Shown here: piece by piece, positions 16,317 to 24,400 of the stretch
Numbering within the stretch: the first letter of the stretch is position 1
How the letters are laid out: each line of letters starts with the position of its first letter
Source: Alphaproteobacteria bacterium
Lineage (GTDB): Bacteria > Pseudomonadota > Alphaproteobacteria > Micropepsales > Micropepsaceae
NCBI GenBank assembly: GCA_028292825.1
Contig: JAQGLO010000087.1
Location: 16,136-48,135, forward strand
Direction of reading: 5' to 3'
DNA: 32,000 nucleotides
The notes under the pieces: model-generated
What the model saw: only the letters and a program-made list of their open reading frames with translations
Database searches by the model: none
What the model was told of the DNA's origin: nothing
Translations under genes and position numbers: made by a program

Positions 16317-16716
16317 TGCGGCCGCCTTGTCATAATATTTACAATAGCTTTGCGCTTGCTTCCCCGGACGTTTCGAGAGGAGCGGTTTTTTGTATCGCCG
16401 CTTGTCTGAAGCGATTGCGGCGTTGCGCGGGGCCCGCCGCCGTATTTCGCTGTGCCAATGGCAACCTGCGCAGGCGGCCCGTGCCGCATGCCGCAGTTGC
16501 TAAGTGATCCGACGGTTTGTTCGCAACAGCGAAGGCCGGAAAAAGCGATCACAGGGGGGCGCAAAACAACGATTGCCGGAACTTGGAAAAATGGAGGGCG
16601 CATACCGCCATCCATCTGCGGATCTGGTGGCGGCCTCCCCCGTCGTCACCAGGTCCGCTACCCCGGCGAGCCATGCCGACATCCACTCAGAAAATAAAAA
16701 CAACAGCGAGGGAACA

Positions 16717-17877
16717 ATGAAGGCCAACTGGATAATTCCGCTTCTGGTACTTTGCGTCGGCGCGGCGCGGGCGGAGATCGCGGTGTCGGCGAATGACGGC
16801 AAGCAGCTGCGGCCGGGCGACAGCGTCACCGGCACCACGCCCGACAGTGTTTCGGTGCTGGACTTCGGCGGCGGCCGCGCGAAGGTCATCGGCGATATTG
16901 CCATGCCCGCGGCCATGATCGGGCCGCCCACCTCCGTCGCCCTCTCCAGAAGCGGTGCCTTCGCACTCGTCACATCCTGCCAGGTCATGGCGGGCGACAC
17001 GCTGGTTCCCGCCGACACTTTGTCGGTGATCGATCTGTCGAGGCCGTCCCACCCCCGGGTGATCCAGACGCTTCACGCCGGCATGGGGGCCAGCGGCGTC
17101 TCGATCAGCCCGGACGGCAAGCTCGCGCTGGTGGCCAATACCAGGGGCGACTCGATCAGTGCATTTTCCATTTCCGGAAAGACCCTGACCGCCCTCGGAG
17201 ACGTCAAGCTGGAAGCGGGCGCCAATCCCACCGATGTCACCTTCAGTCCCGATGGCAAGACCGCCATCGCGGTGGCGCAACGCATCTCCAGCCTGGTCGT
17301 GCTGTCGGTGAACGGCACGCAGGTTGCGGCCACTGGCAAGGCATTCTCGCCGGGCCGCACCCCCTATGGGGCTGTCGTCACCCATGACAGCAAGTACGTC
17401 ATCAACACCAATCTGGGCGGGGCCACGCCGCCCGCGGGTGTCACGCCCGAGCGCGGCATGGTGCGCGAAGGCACCATCTCCATGTCTGAAATCGCATCGG
17501 GAACGGTGACGGCCTCGGTGGTGGTCGGTCCCACGCCCGAGCATGTCGCCTTGTCCGCCGACGGCAAGTATGTGGCGGTGGTGGTGGCCAATCGCAGTGC
17601 CGCCGTGCGCTCCGACCCCAAGTTCGCCAGCGTCCTGGGCCTGCTGGAAATCTATGCCGTGGGCGAGGGGACGCTGACCCCGGTGGCGCGGGCCGATACC
17701 GGACACTGGTGCCAGGGCGCGGTCTTCAGCAAGGATGGTGGCACCATCCTTCTGCAATGCGCGGCGGAGCGCGAGATCGAAGTCTATCGCTTCGACGGCA
17801 AAAGCCTGACGCGGGATGGCGCCACCATCGCACTGGTTTCCCGCCCCGGCGCGATTGCGACGGCGTCCAGCCGCTAG
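16717..17877 (+). CDS. Secreted beta-propeller protein (YncE/lactonase-like, YVTN-type repeats).
   Basis: 386 aa from ATG 16717, with a strong GAGGGA RBS. The track ORF starts at 16504, but MKANWIIPLLVLCVGAARA|EI is a clean signal peptide. Blade-like units recur: SPDGKLALVAN, SPDGKTAIAVA, SADGKYVAVVV and SKDGGTILLQ. Confidence 0.7.
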   Translation: MKANWIIPLLVLCVGAARAEIAVSANDGKQLRPGDSVTGTTPDSVSVLDFGGGRAKVIGDIAMPAAMIGPPTSVALSRSGAFALVTSCQVMAGDTLVPADTLSVIDLSRPSHPRVIQTLHAGMGASGVSISPDGKLALVANTRGDSISAFSISGKTLTALGDVKLEAGANPTDVTFSPDGKTAIAVAQRISSLVVLSVNGTQVAATGKAFSPGRTPYGAVVTHDSKYVINTNLGGATPPAGVTPERGMVREGTISMSEIASGTVTASVVVGPTPEHVALSADGKYVAVVVANRSAAVRSDPKFASVLGLLEIYAVGEGTLTPVARADTGHWCQGAVFSKDGGTILLQCAAEREIEVYRFDGKSLTRDGATIALVSRPGAIATASSR

Positions 17878-18037
17878 GAACGCTGACGCACTGCAACATG
17901 ATACGCGTCTGTCGCAAATCTGCTCAAAACTTTTGCAGCGGAACCGCGCGCTTTCGATAACTTGTCAACCCAATCCGTCCTGACTACAACTTCGCCCGGA
18001 TCGCCATTGATACGCGATCGAAACAAGGGAAAACGCC

Positions 18038-18994
18038 ATGAAGGCCAAATATTATCTCGCCACTGTCGCCGTCCTGGCGCTTGTCGGGCCTGCCTCCGCC
18101 CAGTTCCTGGGCAAGGAAGAAAATGCCGTCACGATGCCGAAGATGCCGGGCGTCTATCTCGCACCCAAGCCCATCGCGCTGACGCCCTATACCGCGCCGA
18201 ACCGTCCGCACTGGAAGATTTCCGACGTGCTGGCGATGCACAAGGGCGAGGCCGATTTCGTGCAGCCCATCGTGCGCAACAAGGATCAGGAAGCCGACTA
18301 CATCTCGATGGCGCCCGGCGCCAAGACCAAGATGAAGATGTGGCCCGATGACCGCATCATCTTCATCGTCCGCGATGGCGCCCTCAAGGTGTCGATCGAC
18401 GGCTATGAGCCCTTCACCGCCACCAAGGGCTTCATGGTGAACGTACCCTTCCGCCACATGTACACGCTGGAAAGCACCGGAACGGTTCCGGCGCTGCGCT
18501 TTGAAGTGCGCCAGGTCGGCTCGGTTCCGGTCTATCCGGCCACCGAGACCCCCGATCCGGTCAAGGGCATGAGCTATGTCAAGGTGATCGAGCAGCCCGG
18601 TCCGTCCAAGGAGAAGGACAGCAACCCGATCTATGTGGACTACAACAAGGAATTCCTGGGCACTGACAAGGCCTATGGCGGCAAGTTCGTGTGGGACGAC
18701 CATTTCACCTCGAACATCCTGCGCGGCAAGGCCCAGAAGGTCGTGCCGCCGGATACCGACAAGGGCCATTTCCACATCGGCTGGACGGAATTCTGGATGG
18801 TGATGGAAGGCTCGATCGGCATCAAGATCGAGGGCGTTCCGTATTTCAACACCGAGCCGGGCGACATCATCACCGCCGCCCAGGGCCGCTGGCATCGTGC
18901 CGGCAACGATCCGAGCGCGCCGTGGTCGACGCGCGTCCCGATCAACCCGCGCCCGCCGATTCTGCACAACTTCGAAGCGCCGGCCGGCGACTGA
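18038..18994 (+). CDS. Secreted bicupin protein.
   Basis: 318 aa. The signal peptide is MKAKYYLATVAVLALVGPASA|QF. The C-terminal half has canonical cupin motifs: GHFHIGWTEFWMVMEG (HxH...E) and PGDIITAAQGRWHRAGN (PxG..H...N). The N-terminal half has cupin-like strand spacing (IIFIVRDGALKVSIDG...GFMVNVPFRHMY) but lacks the His cluster. Confidence 0.7.
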   Translation: MKAKYYLATVAVLALVGPASAQFLGKEENAVTMPKMPGVYLAPKPIALTPYTAPNRPHWKISDVLAMHKGEADFVQPIVRNKDQEADYISMAPGAKTKMKMWPDDRIIFIVRDGALKVSIDGYEPFTATKGFMVNVPFRHMYTLESTGTVPALRFEVRQVGSVPVYPATETPDPVKGMSYVKVIEQPGPSKEKDSNPIYVDYNKEFLGTDKAYGGKFVWDDHFTSNILRGKAQKVVPPDTDKGHFHIGWTEFWMVMEGSIGIKIEGVPYFNTEPGDIITAAQGRWHRAGNDPSAPWSTRVPINPRPPILHNFEAPAGD

Positions 18995-19024
18995 CCGGTC
19001 TTTGAAGATAGTGTCAGCCTGAAC

Positions 19025-19063
19025 ACCGCCCCGCGCTTTTCGAGCGCGGGGCGGTTCTTTTTT
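19025..19063 (+). terminator. Intrinsic terminator after the bicupin gene.
   Basis: ACCGCCCCGCGC (19025-19036) pairs with GCGCGGGGCGGT (19044-19055) in a 12-bp stem, followed by TTCTTTTTT. Confidence 0.85.
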
Positions 19064-19204
19064 GGGTCGGAACTTCGCCGCATAAATGCTGCGGCGCAGC
19101 AAAATTGTCAGGGCGCTGAAAGTCTGATTATTTGTCCGCTGCGCGCTGTATACCGGCGCCGGGGAGTTCGCCGCGCTGGGCGGCCAAAAACAAAAGAGTT
19201 GTCG

Positions 19205-22200
19205 ATGAAAGCCGTGCGCTTTGCCGTTCTTGCCAGTGCCTTTGTCAGTGCCATCGCGATGCCCGCCTTTGCCGCGGATGCTCCGACTTTGGACAAGACG
19301 TTCCATGACACAGTGATGCCGTTCGCCGGCAAATACTGCGCCGGCTGCCACAGCGGCGCCATGCCCACGGCGCAGTTCGACATCAAGTCCTATGACACCC
19401 TCGACAAGGTGAAGACCGATTTCCCGCGCTGGTCGCTGGTGGGCGAACGCCTGCTGGCAAAGGAGATGCCGCCCAAGCAGATGCCGCAGCCGCCGCAGGA
19501 ACTGAAGGACCAGGTCATTGCCTGGATCCAGGGCGTGCGCGACAGCGAGATCAAGCGCTATGCCGGCGATCCGGGCATCGTGCTGGCGCGGCGCCTCAGC
19601 AACGCGGAATACAATTATACCGTGCGCGACCTGACCGGCCAGGACATGCAGGTCACCCGGCAATTCCCGGTCGATCCCGCCAACCAGTCCGGCTTCGACA
19701 ATTCCGGCGAGTCCCTCACCATGTCGCCGGCGCTGCTGAACAAGTATCTGCAGACCGCGCGCGTCATCGCCGACCACATGGTGCTGAAGCCCGACGGCAT
19801 CGACTTCGCGCCGCACCTGATGCAGGTGGAAAGCGACCGCGACCGCTACACCATCGGCCGCATCATGGCCTTCTATGCCGCGGCGCCCACCGACACGGCC
19901 CAGTATTTCGAGGCCGCCTGGCGCTATCGCTATCGCGCCGAACTGAAGACGCCGAAGGCGACGCTGAATTCCGTGGCCGCCGACATGAAGATCAGCGCCA
20001 AATACCTGCCCATGATCTGGGGCCTCCTGCATGACAAGGGCGCCATCGGCCCGGTCGCCAGGTTGCAGGCGATGTGGAACGACCTGCCCACGCCAGACAA
20101 TGCCAGGCCGATCGGCCTGTTGCAGGCCAGGACGCTGCAGATGCGCGAATTCACCACCCGCATCCGCGCCCACACCGCCATGCAGTTCTATTCGCCCAAG
20201 GTCACCGGCCTGCCGGGTCAGTCCCAGCCGCTGCATCGCTGGCGGCTTGCCCAGTATGCCTCTCATCACCGCGACAGCGATCCCGCCGACCTGCGCGCCG
20301 ACAATGAACCCGCGCCCAAGCTGAACGACATCCCGAAATTCCCCAGCCTGCACCAGGACGCCTCGCCGCGCTGGGCGCTGCTGGCGGCCAATGCGCGCGC
20401 CGACGATGCCGATCTGGTCTATCCCGCCGGCCAGAAGGCGAAGTACCAGAAGTCGTTTGCCCGCTTCGCCTCGGTCTTTCCCGACACCTTTGCGGTGACG
20501 GAGCGTGGCCGCTACTGGCCCGACAATTCCGTGGACAAGGGCCGCTTCCTCAGCGCCGGCTATCACAATTCCATGGGCTATTACCGCGACGACACCGCGC
20601 TGATGCAGCTGGTCCTGGACAAGCCGCAGCAGCAGCAGCTGAACCGGCTGTGGGACGAGTTCGACTTCATTTCCGACCACACCCAGCGCACCTATACCCA
20701 GTGGTACTTCAACAATTCGGGCGTGGTGGACAATCCGAAGGATCCGGAATCCGGCAGCCCGCGCCCGGTCGGCCATGAAGTCACCGACACCGCCGTGATC
20801 ATGGCGATGCGCGACAAGTACCTGGCCAAGGCCGCTGCCGATCCCGCCAACGACAAGACCGGCGCCATCGCCATCCGCACCCATTTCGCCTATGTGGACA
20901 CCACGCTGCGCAGCCTGGAAAAGGAGCGCAAGGCGTCCGAACCCAGGCAGCTCGCCGCGCTGGTGCGCTTTGCCGAGCATGCCTATCGCCGCCCGCTGAC
21001 GGCAGCCGAACGCGCGGACCTGCTTGCCTATTACCAGGCCCTGCGCACCAAGAACCGGCTGAGCCACGCCGACGCCATCCACGACTCGCTGGTCAGCGTG
21101 CTGATGGCGCCGGACTATCTCTATCGCTTCGACCTGTCGAAGACGGCCGTCGCGCCCGAGAAATCCCTGGCGGTCAAGGCGAGCCTCAATGCGCCCGCCA
21201 AGCCCTTCGCCGCCGAGCCGCTATCAAACTACGCCTTGGCCAGCCGTCTCAGCTATTTCCTGTGGTCCAGCATGCCCGATGCCGAGCTGCTGAAGCATGC
21301 CGCATCCGGCGACTTGAACAAGCCCGCCGTGCTGCTGGCCCAGACGCGGCGCATGCTGAAGGATCCCAAGGTGTCCGGGATGGCGACCGAGTTCACCGGC
21401 AACTGGCTGGTGTTCCGCCAGTTCGAGACCAACAACTCCATCGACCGGGCGCGCTTTCCGACCTTCAATGACGACCTGCGCGAGGCGATGTTCCAGGAGC
21501 CCATCCATTTCCTGGAAGACACCATTTCCCGCGACGGCTCGGTGCTGGACATTCTTTACGGCAACTACACTTTCGTGAACCCGCCGCTGGCCAAACATTA
21601 CGGCATGCCGGATGTGCCGGGCGATACCGACCATTGGGTGCGCGTCGACCATGCCGACAAGTATGGCCGCGGCGGCATCCTGCCCATGGCCGTTTTCATG
21701 ACCCAGAACTCGCCCGGCCTGCGCACCTCGCCCGTGAAGCGCGGCAACTGGGTGGTGCAGAAGGTGCTGGGCATCCGCGTGCCGCCGCCGCCGCCGGTGG
21801 TGCCCGAGCTGCCCAACGACGAAGCCAAGACCGAAAAGCCCATCCGCGAAATGCTGGCCGAGCATCACAAGAATCCGTTCTGCGCGTCGTGTCATTTGCG
21901 CTTTGACGGCTTCGGCCTGGCGTTCGAAGGCTATGGCCCAGTGGGCGATGCCCGCACCAGGGACATGGCGGGCCGGCCGGTCGATGCCAGCGCCGACTAT
22001 CCCGGCGGCTTCAAGGCCGACGGCGTGCCCGGCCTGCAGGCCTTCATCAAGGAGCATCGCCAGACCCAGTTCGTGGAGAATATCAGCCGCAAGCTGCTGT
22101 CCTATGCCCTGAACCGCTCGCTGCAGATGTCGGACGAGGGACTGGTGGACCAGATGAAGACCAACCTGGCCGCCAGCGGCTATCGCTTCAGCGCCCTGGT

Positions 22201-22321
22201 GGAAACCATCGTGCAGAGCCCGCAATTCAGGAACCGCCGCCTGCCGGAAAAGCCGCTGATGCAGCGTGCAGACCTGCAACCCGGTGATATAAAGACCGTC
22301 GTCTCCAAGAAGGGGAACTAG
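19205..22321 (+). CDS. Large exported multidomain protein of the DUF1587/DUF1592/DUF1595/DUF1588/DUF1585 ('planctomycete PSD/PSCyt') type, with two CxxCH heme-c motifs.
   Basis: 1038 aa from ATG 19205, with AAGAG 8 nt upstream. TTG 19199 is an alternative start. The signal peptide ends AFA|AD. CAGCH lies at nt 19337-19351 and CASCH at 21881-21895. Family hallmarks as I recall them are present: RRLSNAEYNYTVRDLTG, FAEHAYRRPLTAAERADLLAYY, LRTSPVKRGNWVVQKVLGIRVPPPPP...CASCHLRFDGFG and KLLSYALNR. Confidence 0.8.
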   Translation: MKAVRFAVLASAFVSAIAMPAFAADAPTLDKTFHDTVMPFAGKYCAGCHSGAMPTAQFDIKSYDTLDKVKTDFPRWSLVGERLLAKEMPPKQMPQPPQELKDQVIAWIQGVRDSEIKRYAGDPGIVLARRLSNAEYNYTVRDLTGQDMQVTRQFPVDPANQSGFDNSGESLTMSPALLNKYLQTARVIADHMVLKPDGIDFAPHLMQVESDRDRYTIGRIMAFYAAAPTDTAQYFEAAWRYRYRAELKTPKATLNSVAADMKISAKYLPMIWGLLHDKGAIGPVARLQAMWNDLPTPDNARPIGLLQARTLQMREFTTRIRAHTAMQFYSPKVTGLPGQSQPLHRWRLAQYASHHRDSDPADLRADNEPAPKLNDIPKFPSLHQDASPRWALLAANARADDADLVYPAGQKAKYQKSFARFASVFPDTFAVTERGRYWPDNSVDKGRFLSAGYHNSMGYYRDDTALMQLVLDKPQQQQLNRLWDEFDFISDHTQRTYTQWYFNNSGVVDNPKDPESGSPRPVGHEVTDTAVIMAMRDKYLAKAAADPANDKTGAIAIRTHFAYVDTTLRSLEKERKASEPRQLAALVRFAEHAYRRPLTAAERADLLAYYQALRTKNRLSHADAIHDSLVSVLMAPDYLYRFDLSKTAVAPEKSLAVKASLNAPAKPFAAEPLSNYALASRLSYFLWSSMPDAELLKHAASGDLNKPAVLLAQTRRMLKDPKVSGMATEFTGNWLVFRQFETNNSIDRARFPTFNDDLREAMFQEPIHFLEDTISRDGSVLDILYGNYTFVNPPLAKHYGMPDVPGDTDHWVRVDHADKYGRGGILPMAVFMTQNSPGLRTSPVKRGNWVVQKVLGIRVPPPPPVVPELPNDEAKTEKPIREMLAEHHKNPFCASCHLRFDGFGLAFEGYGPVGDARTRDMAGRPVDASADYPGGFKADGVPGLQAFIKEHRQTQFVENISRKLLSYALNRSLQMSDEGLVDQMKTNLAASGYRFSALVETIVQSPQFRNRRLPEKPLMQRADLQPGDIKTVVSKKGN

Positions 22322-22322
22322 C

Positions 22323-23645
22323 ATGACCGATTTCCGCTCCCGCGCCTTCTCCCGCCGCGCCCTCCTGCGCGGCACCGGCTGCGCCATGGCGCTGCCCTGG
22401 CTGGAATCGGTTTCTGCCCTGGCCGACGAAGCCAAGCCGGGCGACTTCCCCAAGCGGTTCGGCGTGGTCTTCCTGGGCTGCGGCGTCAACGAGGATCACT
22501 GGAGCGCCACCGGCAACGGCGCCGACATGAAGCTGGGCAAGACGCTGTCCTCGCTGGAACCCATCAAGCAGAAGATCAATGTCATTGACGGCCTGCAGGT
22601 GAAGTCGCTGATGGGGCAGGGCATCCATCCCGCCCAGACCGGCAGCCTGCTGTCGGGCGAAAAGATCACCAAGGGCGCGCTGATCCATTCCGGCGTCAGC
22701 GTCGACCAGATGATCGCCGCCCAGATCGGCCAGGAGACGCCGCAATCCAGCATCGTGCTGTCCTGCGAGCAGCCTTTGACCGGCTATCACGAGACAAATT
22801 TCAGCCTGGCCTATTCGTCCTATCTGTCGTGGCAGACGCCGGATTCGCCGGTGCCGGTGGAGATCTATCCCTCGCTGGCCTGGGACAGCCTGTTCGACAA
22901 TCGCGGCGCCGCGCTCAACGTCTCCATCCTCGACCGCGTCAATGACCGGGCCAAGGACTTGTCGAGCAAGATCAGCGCCACCGACCGCGGCAAGCTGGAC
23001 GAGTTCATGACCAGCGTGCGCGAGATCGAGCGCCGGGTGGAAGTGGCGCGCAAGTCCAAGGACAATGCCGAGGACGGCGCCAAGGGCCGCAACATGGTGG
23101 CTGCCAAGATGGATCGCCCGGCCAGCGGCCTGCCGCAGGACCTGCGCGAGCATTCGCGCCTGATGTGCGACATCATCGCCATCGCCTTCCAGACCAACAA
23201 GACCAAGGTCGCCTCGCTGATGATCAGCCACGATCTGTCGGCGATGTATTATCCCTTCCTCAACGTGAAGGACGGGCATCATTCGGCGTCGCACAACAAC
23301 AATTCCGACGATTACGAGCGCATCGCCAACTTCCATGTCAGCCAGTATGCCTATCTGGCGCAGAAGCTGGACGGCATGAAGGAAGGCAACGGCACCGTGC
23401 TGGACAATAGCTGCCTGATGTTCATGTCCAACATGTGGATCGGCCGCAAGCATGACAACTCACGTTTGCCGGTGGTTTTGGCGGGCGGGTTGGGCGGCAC
23501 GCTGCAGACCGGCCGCAGCCTCAGTTATCTCGACCAGCCCGACGAGAAGCGCCGCATCTGCGGTCTCTATCTGTCGCTGATGGACCGCTATGGCGTGAAG
23601 CAGGACAAGTTCGGCGACGCCACGGCACGGCTGGAGCGCATCTGA
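22323..23645 (+). CDS. DUF1552-family protein with a twin-arginine signal, the usual partner of DUF1592-type proteins.
   Basis: 440 aa. The ATG lies 1 nt after the upstream stop. The leader is FSRRALLRGTGCAMALPWLES (a Tat RR motif). A His-rich HHSASH motif lies at nt 23278-23295. The overall N-terminus matches my recollection of this family. Confidence 0.75.
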   Translation: MTDFRSRAFSRRALLRGTGCAMALPWLESVSALADEAKPGDFPKRFGVVFLGCGVNEDHWSATGNGADMKLGKTLSSLEPIKQKINVIDGLQVKSLMGQGIHPAQTGSLLSGEKITKGALIHSGVSVDQMIAAQIGQETPQSSIVLSCEQPLTGYHETNFSLAYSSYLSWQTPDSPVPVEIYPSLAWDSLFDNRGAALNVSILDRVNDRAKDLSSKISATDRGKLDEFMTSVREIERRVEVARKSKDNAEDGAKGRNMVAAKMDRPASGLPQDLREHSRLMCDIIAIAFQTNKTKVASLMISHDLSAMYYPFLNVKDGHHSASHNNNSDDYERIANFHVSQYAYLAQKLDGMKEGNGTVLDNSCLMFMSNMWIGRKHDNSRLPVVLAGGLGGTLQTGRSLSYLDQPDEKRRICGLYLSLMDRYGVKQDKFGDATARLERI

Positions 23646-23662
23646 GCGCGACCTATACCGGC

Positions 23663-24400
23663 GTGATCCCGGCGGCCGGCATGGCCAGCCGGCTGGGCTC
23701 CCTGGGTTACGCCAAGGAACTGCTGCCCATCACCTATGTCGCCGACACGCCGGGCGGGCCGCTGCGCCCGATGGCGGTGATCGAGGCGTCGCTGCGCCAG
23801 CTGCAGAAAGCCGGCGTCAGCCGCACACTGGTCATCATCTCAGACCGCAAGCCCGAACTGGTGCGCTATCTGGGCAGCGGCAACGATCTGGGCCTGGACA
23901 TCGCCTTTGTGCACCAGAGCCGCGCCGATGGCCTGGCTGCGGCGTGCGCGCTGGCGACGCCCTGGCTGGCGGACGGCAATGCCTGCCTGCTGCTGCCCGA
24001 CACCGTAGTGCGTCCCGCCGATGCGCTGAAGACCGTGCGCACCATGTTTGAATCGCAAGCCGCCGACCTGGTGCTGGGCGTCTTCCCCACCAGCCGGCCG
24101 CTGGAGTTGGGGCCGGTGCGCTTTGATGACGCCGGGCGCGTGACCAAAGTGCTGGACAAGCCCGCGGCCACCGACCTCGCCAACAGCTGGGCCATGGCGA
24201 TCTGGGGTCCGCGCTTTTCCGACCTGCTGGCGAAAGCGGTGGTTGAGAATCCGTCTCAGACACTGGGCGGGCTGTTCCATCGCGCCGTGGGCGACGGTTT
24301 GAAGGTACTGGCGGCCTGGTTCCCCGAAGGCCAGTTCCATGATGTCGGCACGCCCCAGGGCCTGGCCGAAGCGCTACCGCTGTTGCGGGACGGGATCTAA
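23663..24400 (+). CDS. Sugar-phosphate nucleotidyltransferase (NTP_transferase family, RmlA/GalU-like short form).
   Basis: 245 aa from GTG 23663. The N-terminal VIPAAGMASRLGSLGYAKELLPI matches the G-x-G-t-R-L...K-p-l-l-p-i nucleotide-binding signature. LLLPDT is the conserved acidic loop. It starts 17 nt after the DUF1552 stop. The exact start is uncertain. Confidence 0.7.
   Translation: MIPAAGMASRLGSLGYAKELLPITYVADTPGGPLRPMAVIEASLRQLQKAGVSRTLVIISDRKPELVRYLGSGNDLGLDIAFVHQSRADGLAAACALATPWLADGNACLLLPDTVVRPADALKTVRTMFESQAADLVLGVFPTSRPLELGPVRFDDAGRVTKVLDKPAATDLANSWAMAIWGPRFSDLLAKAVVENPSQTLGGLFHRAVGDGLKVLAAWFPEGQFHDVGTPQGLAEALPLLRDGI

Noticed and set aside
16453-16468. TGGCA-containing palindrome (TGCCAATGGCA), considered as a sigma-54 -24 element.
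   Set aside because: The spacing and sequence downstream (ACCTGCGCAGG) lack the TTGC -12 element. I kept it only as an unexplained palindrome within the intergenic-region finding.
16504-16716. Longer N-terminal extension (71 codons) of the beta-propeller ORF, including an alternative ATG at 16591.
   Set aside because: The extension is hydrophilic and would bury the obvious signal peptide. ATG 16717 has a strong GAGGGA ribosome-binding site and gives a canonical leader.
17984-21082. 1032-aa ORF on the minus strand, the longest ORF in that region.
   Set aside because: It lies entirely antisense to the bicupin and DUF1592-type genes. Its product is an Arg/Gly/Ala/His-rich low-complexity string with no motifs. 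It also spans a strong plus-strand terminator and an intergenic region. This is the typical shadow ORF of high-GC DNA, where stop codons are rare on the antisense strand.
21224-23453. Two minus-strand ORFs of 421 aa and 408 aa.
   Set aside because: They are antisense to the DUF1592-type and DUF1552 genes. They have no motifs and a composition typical of GC-rich shadow frames.
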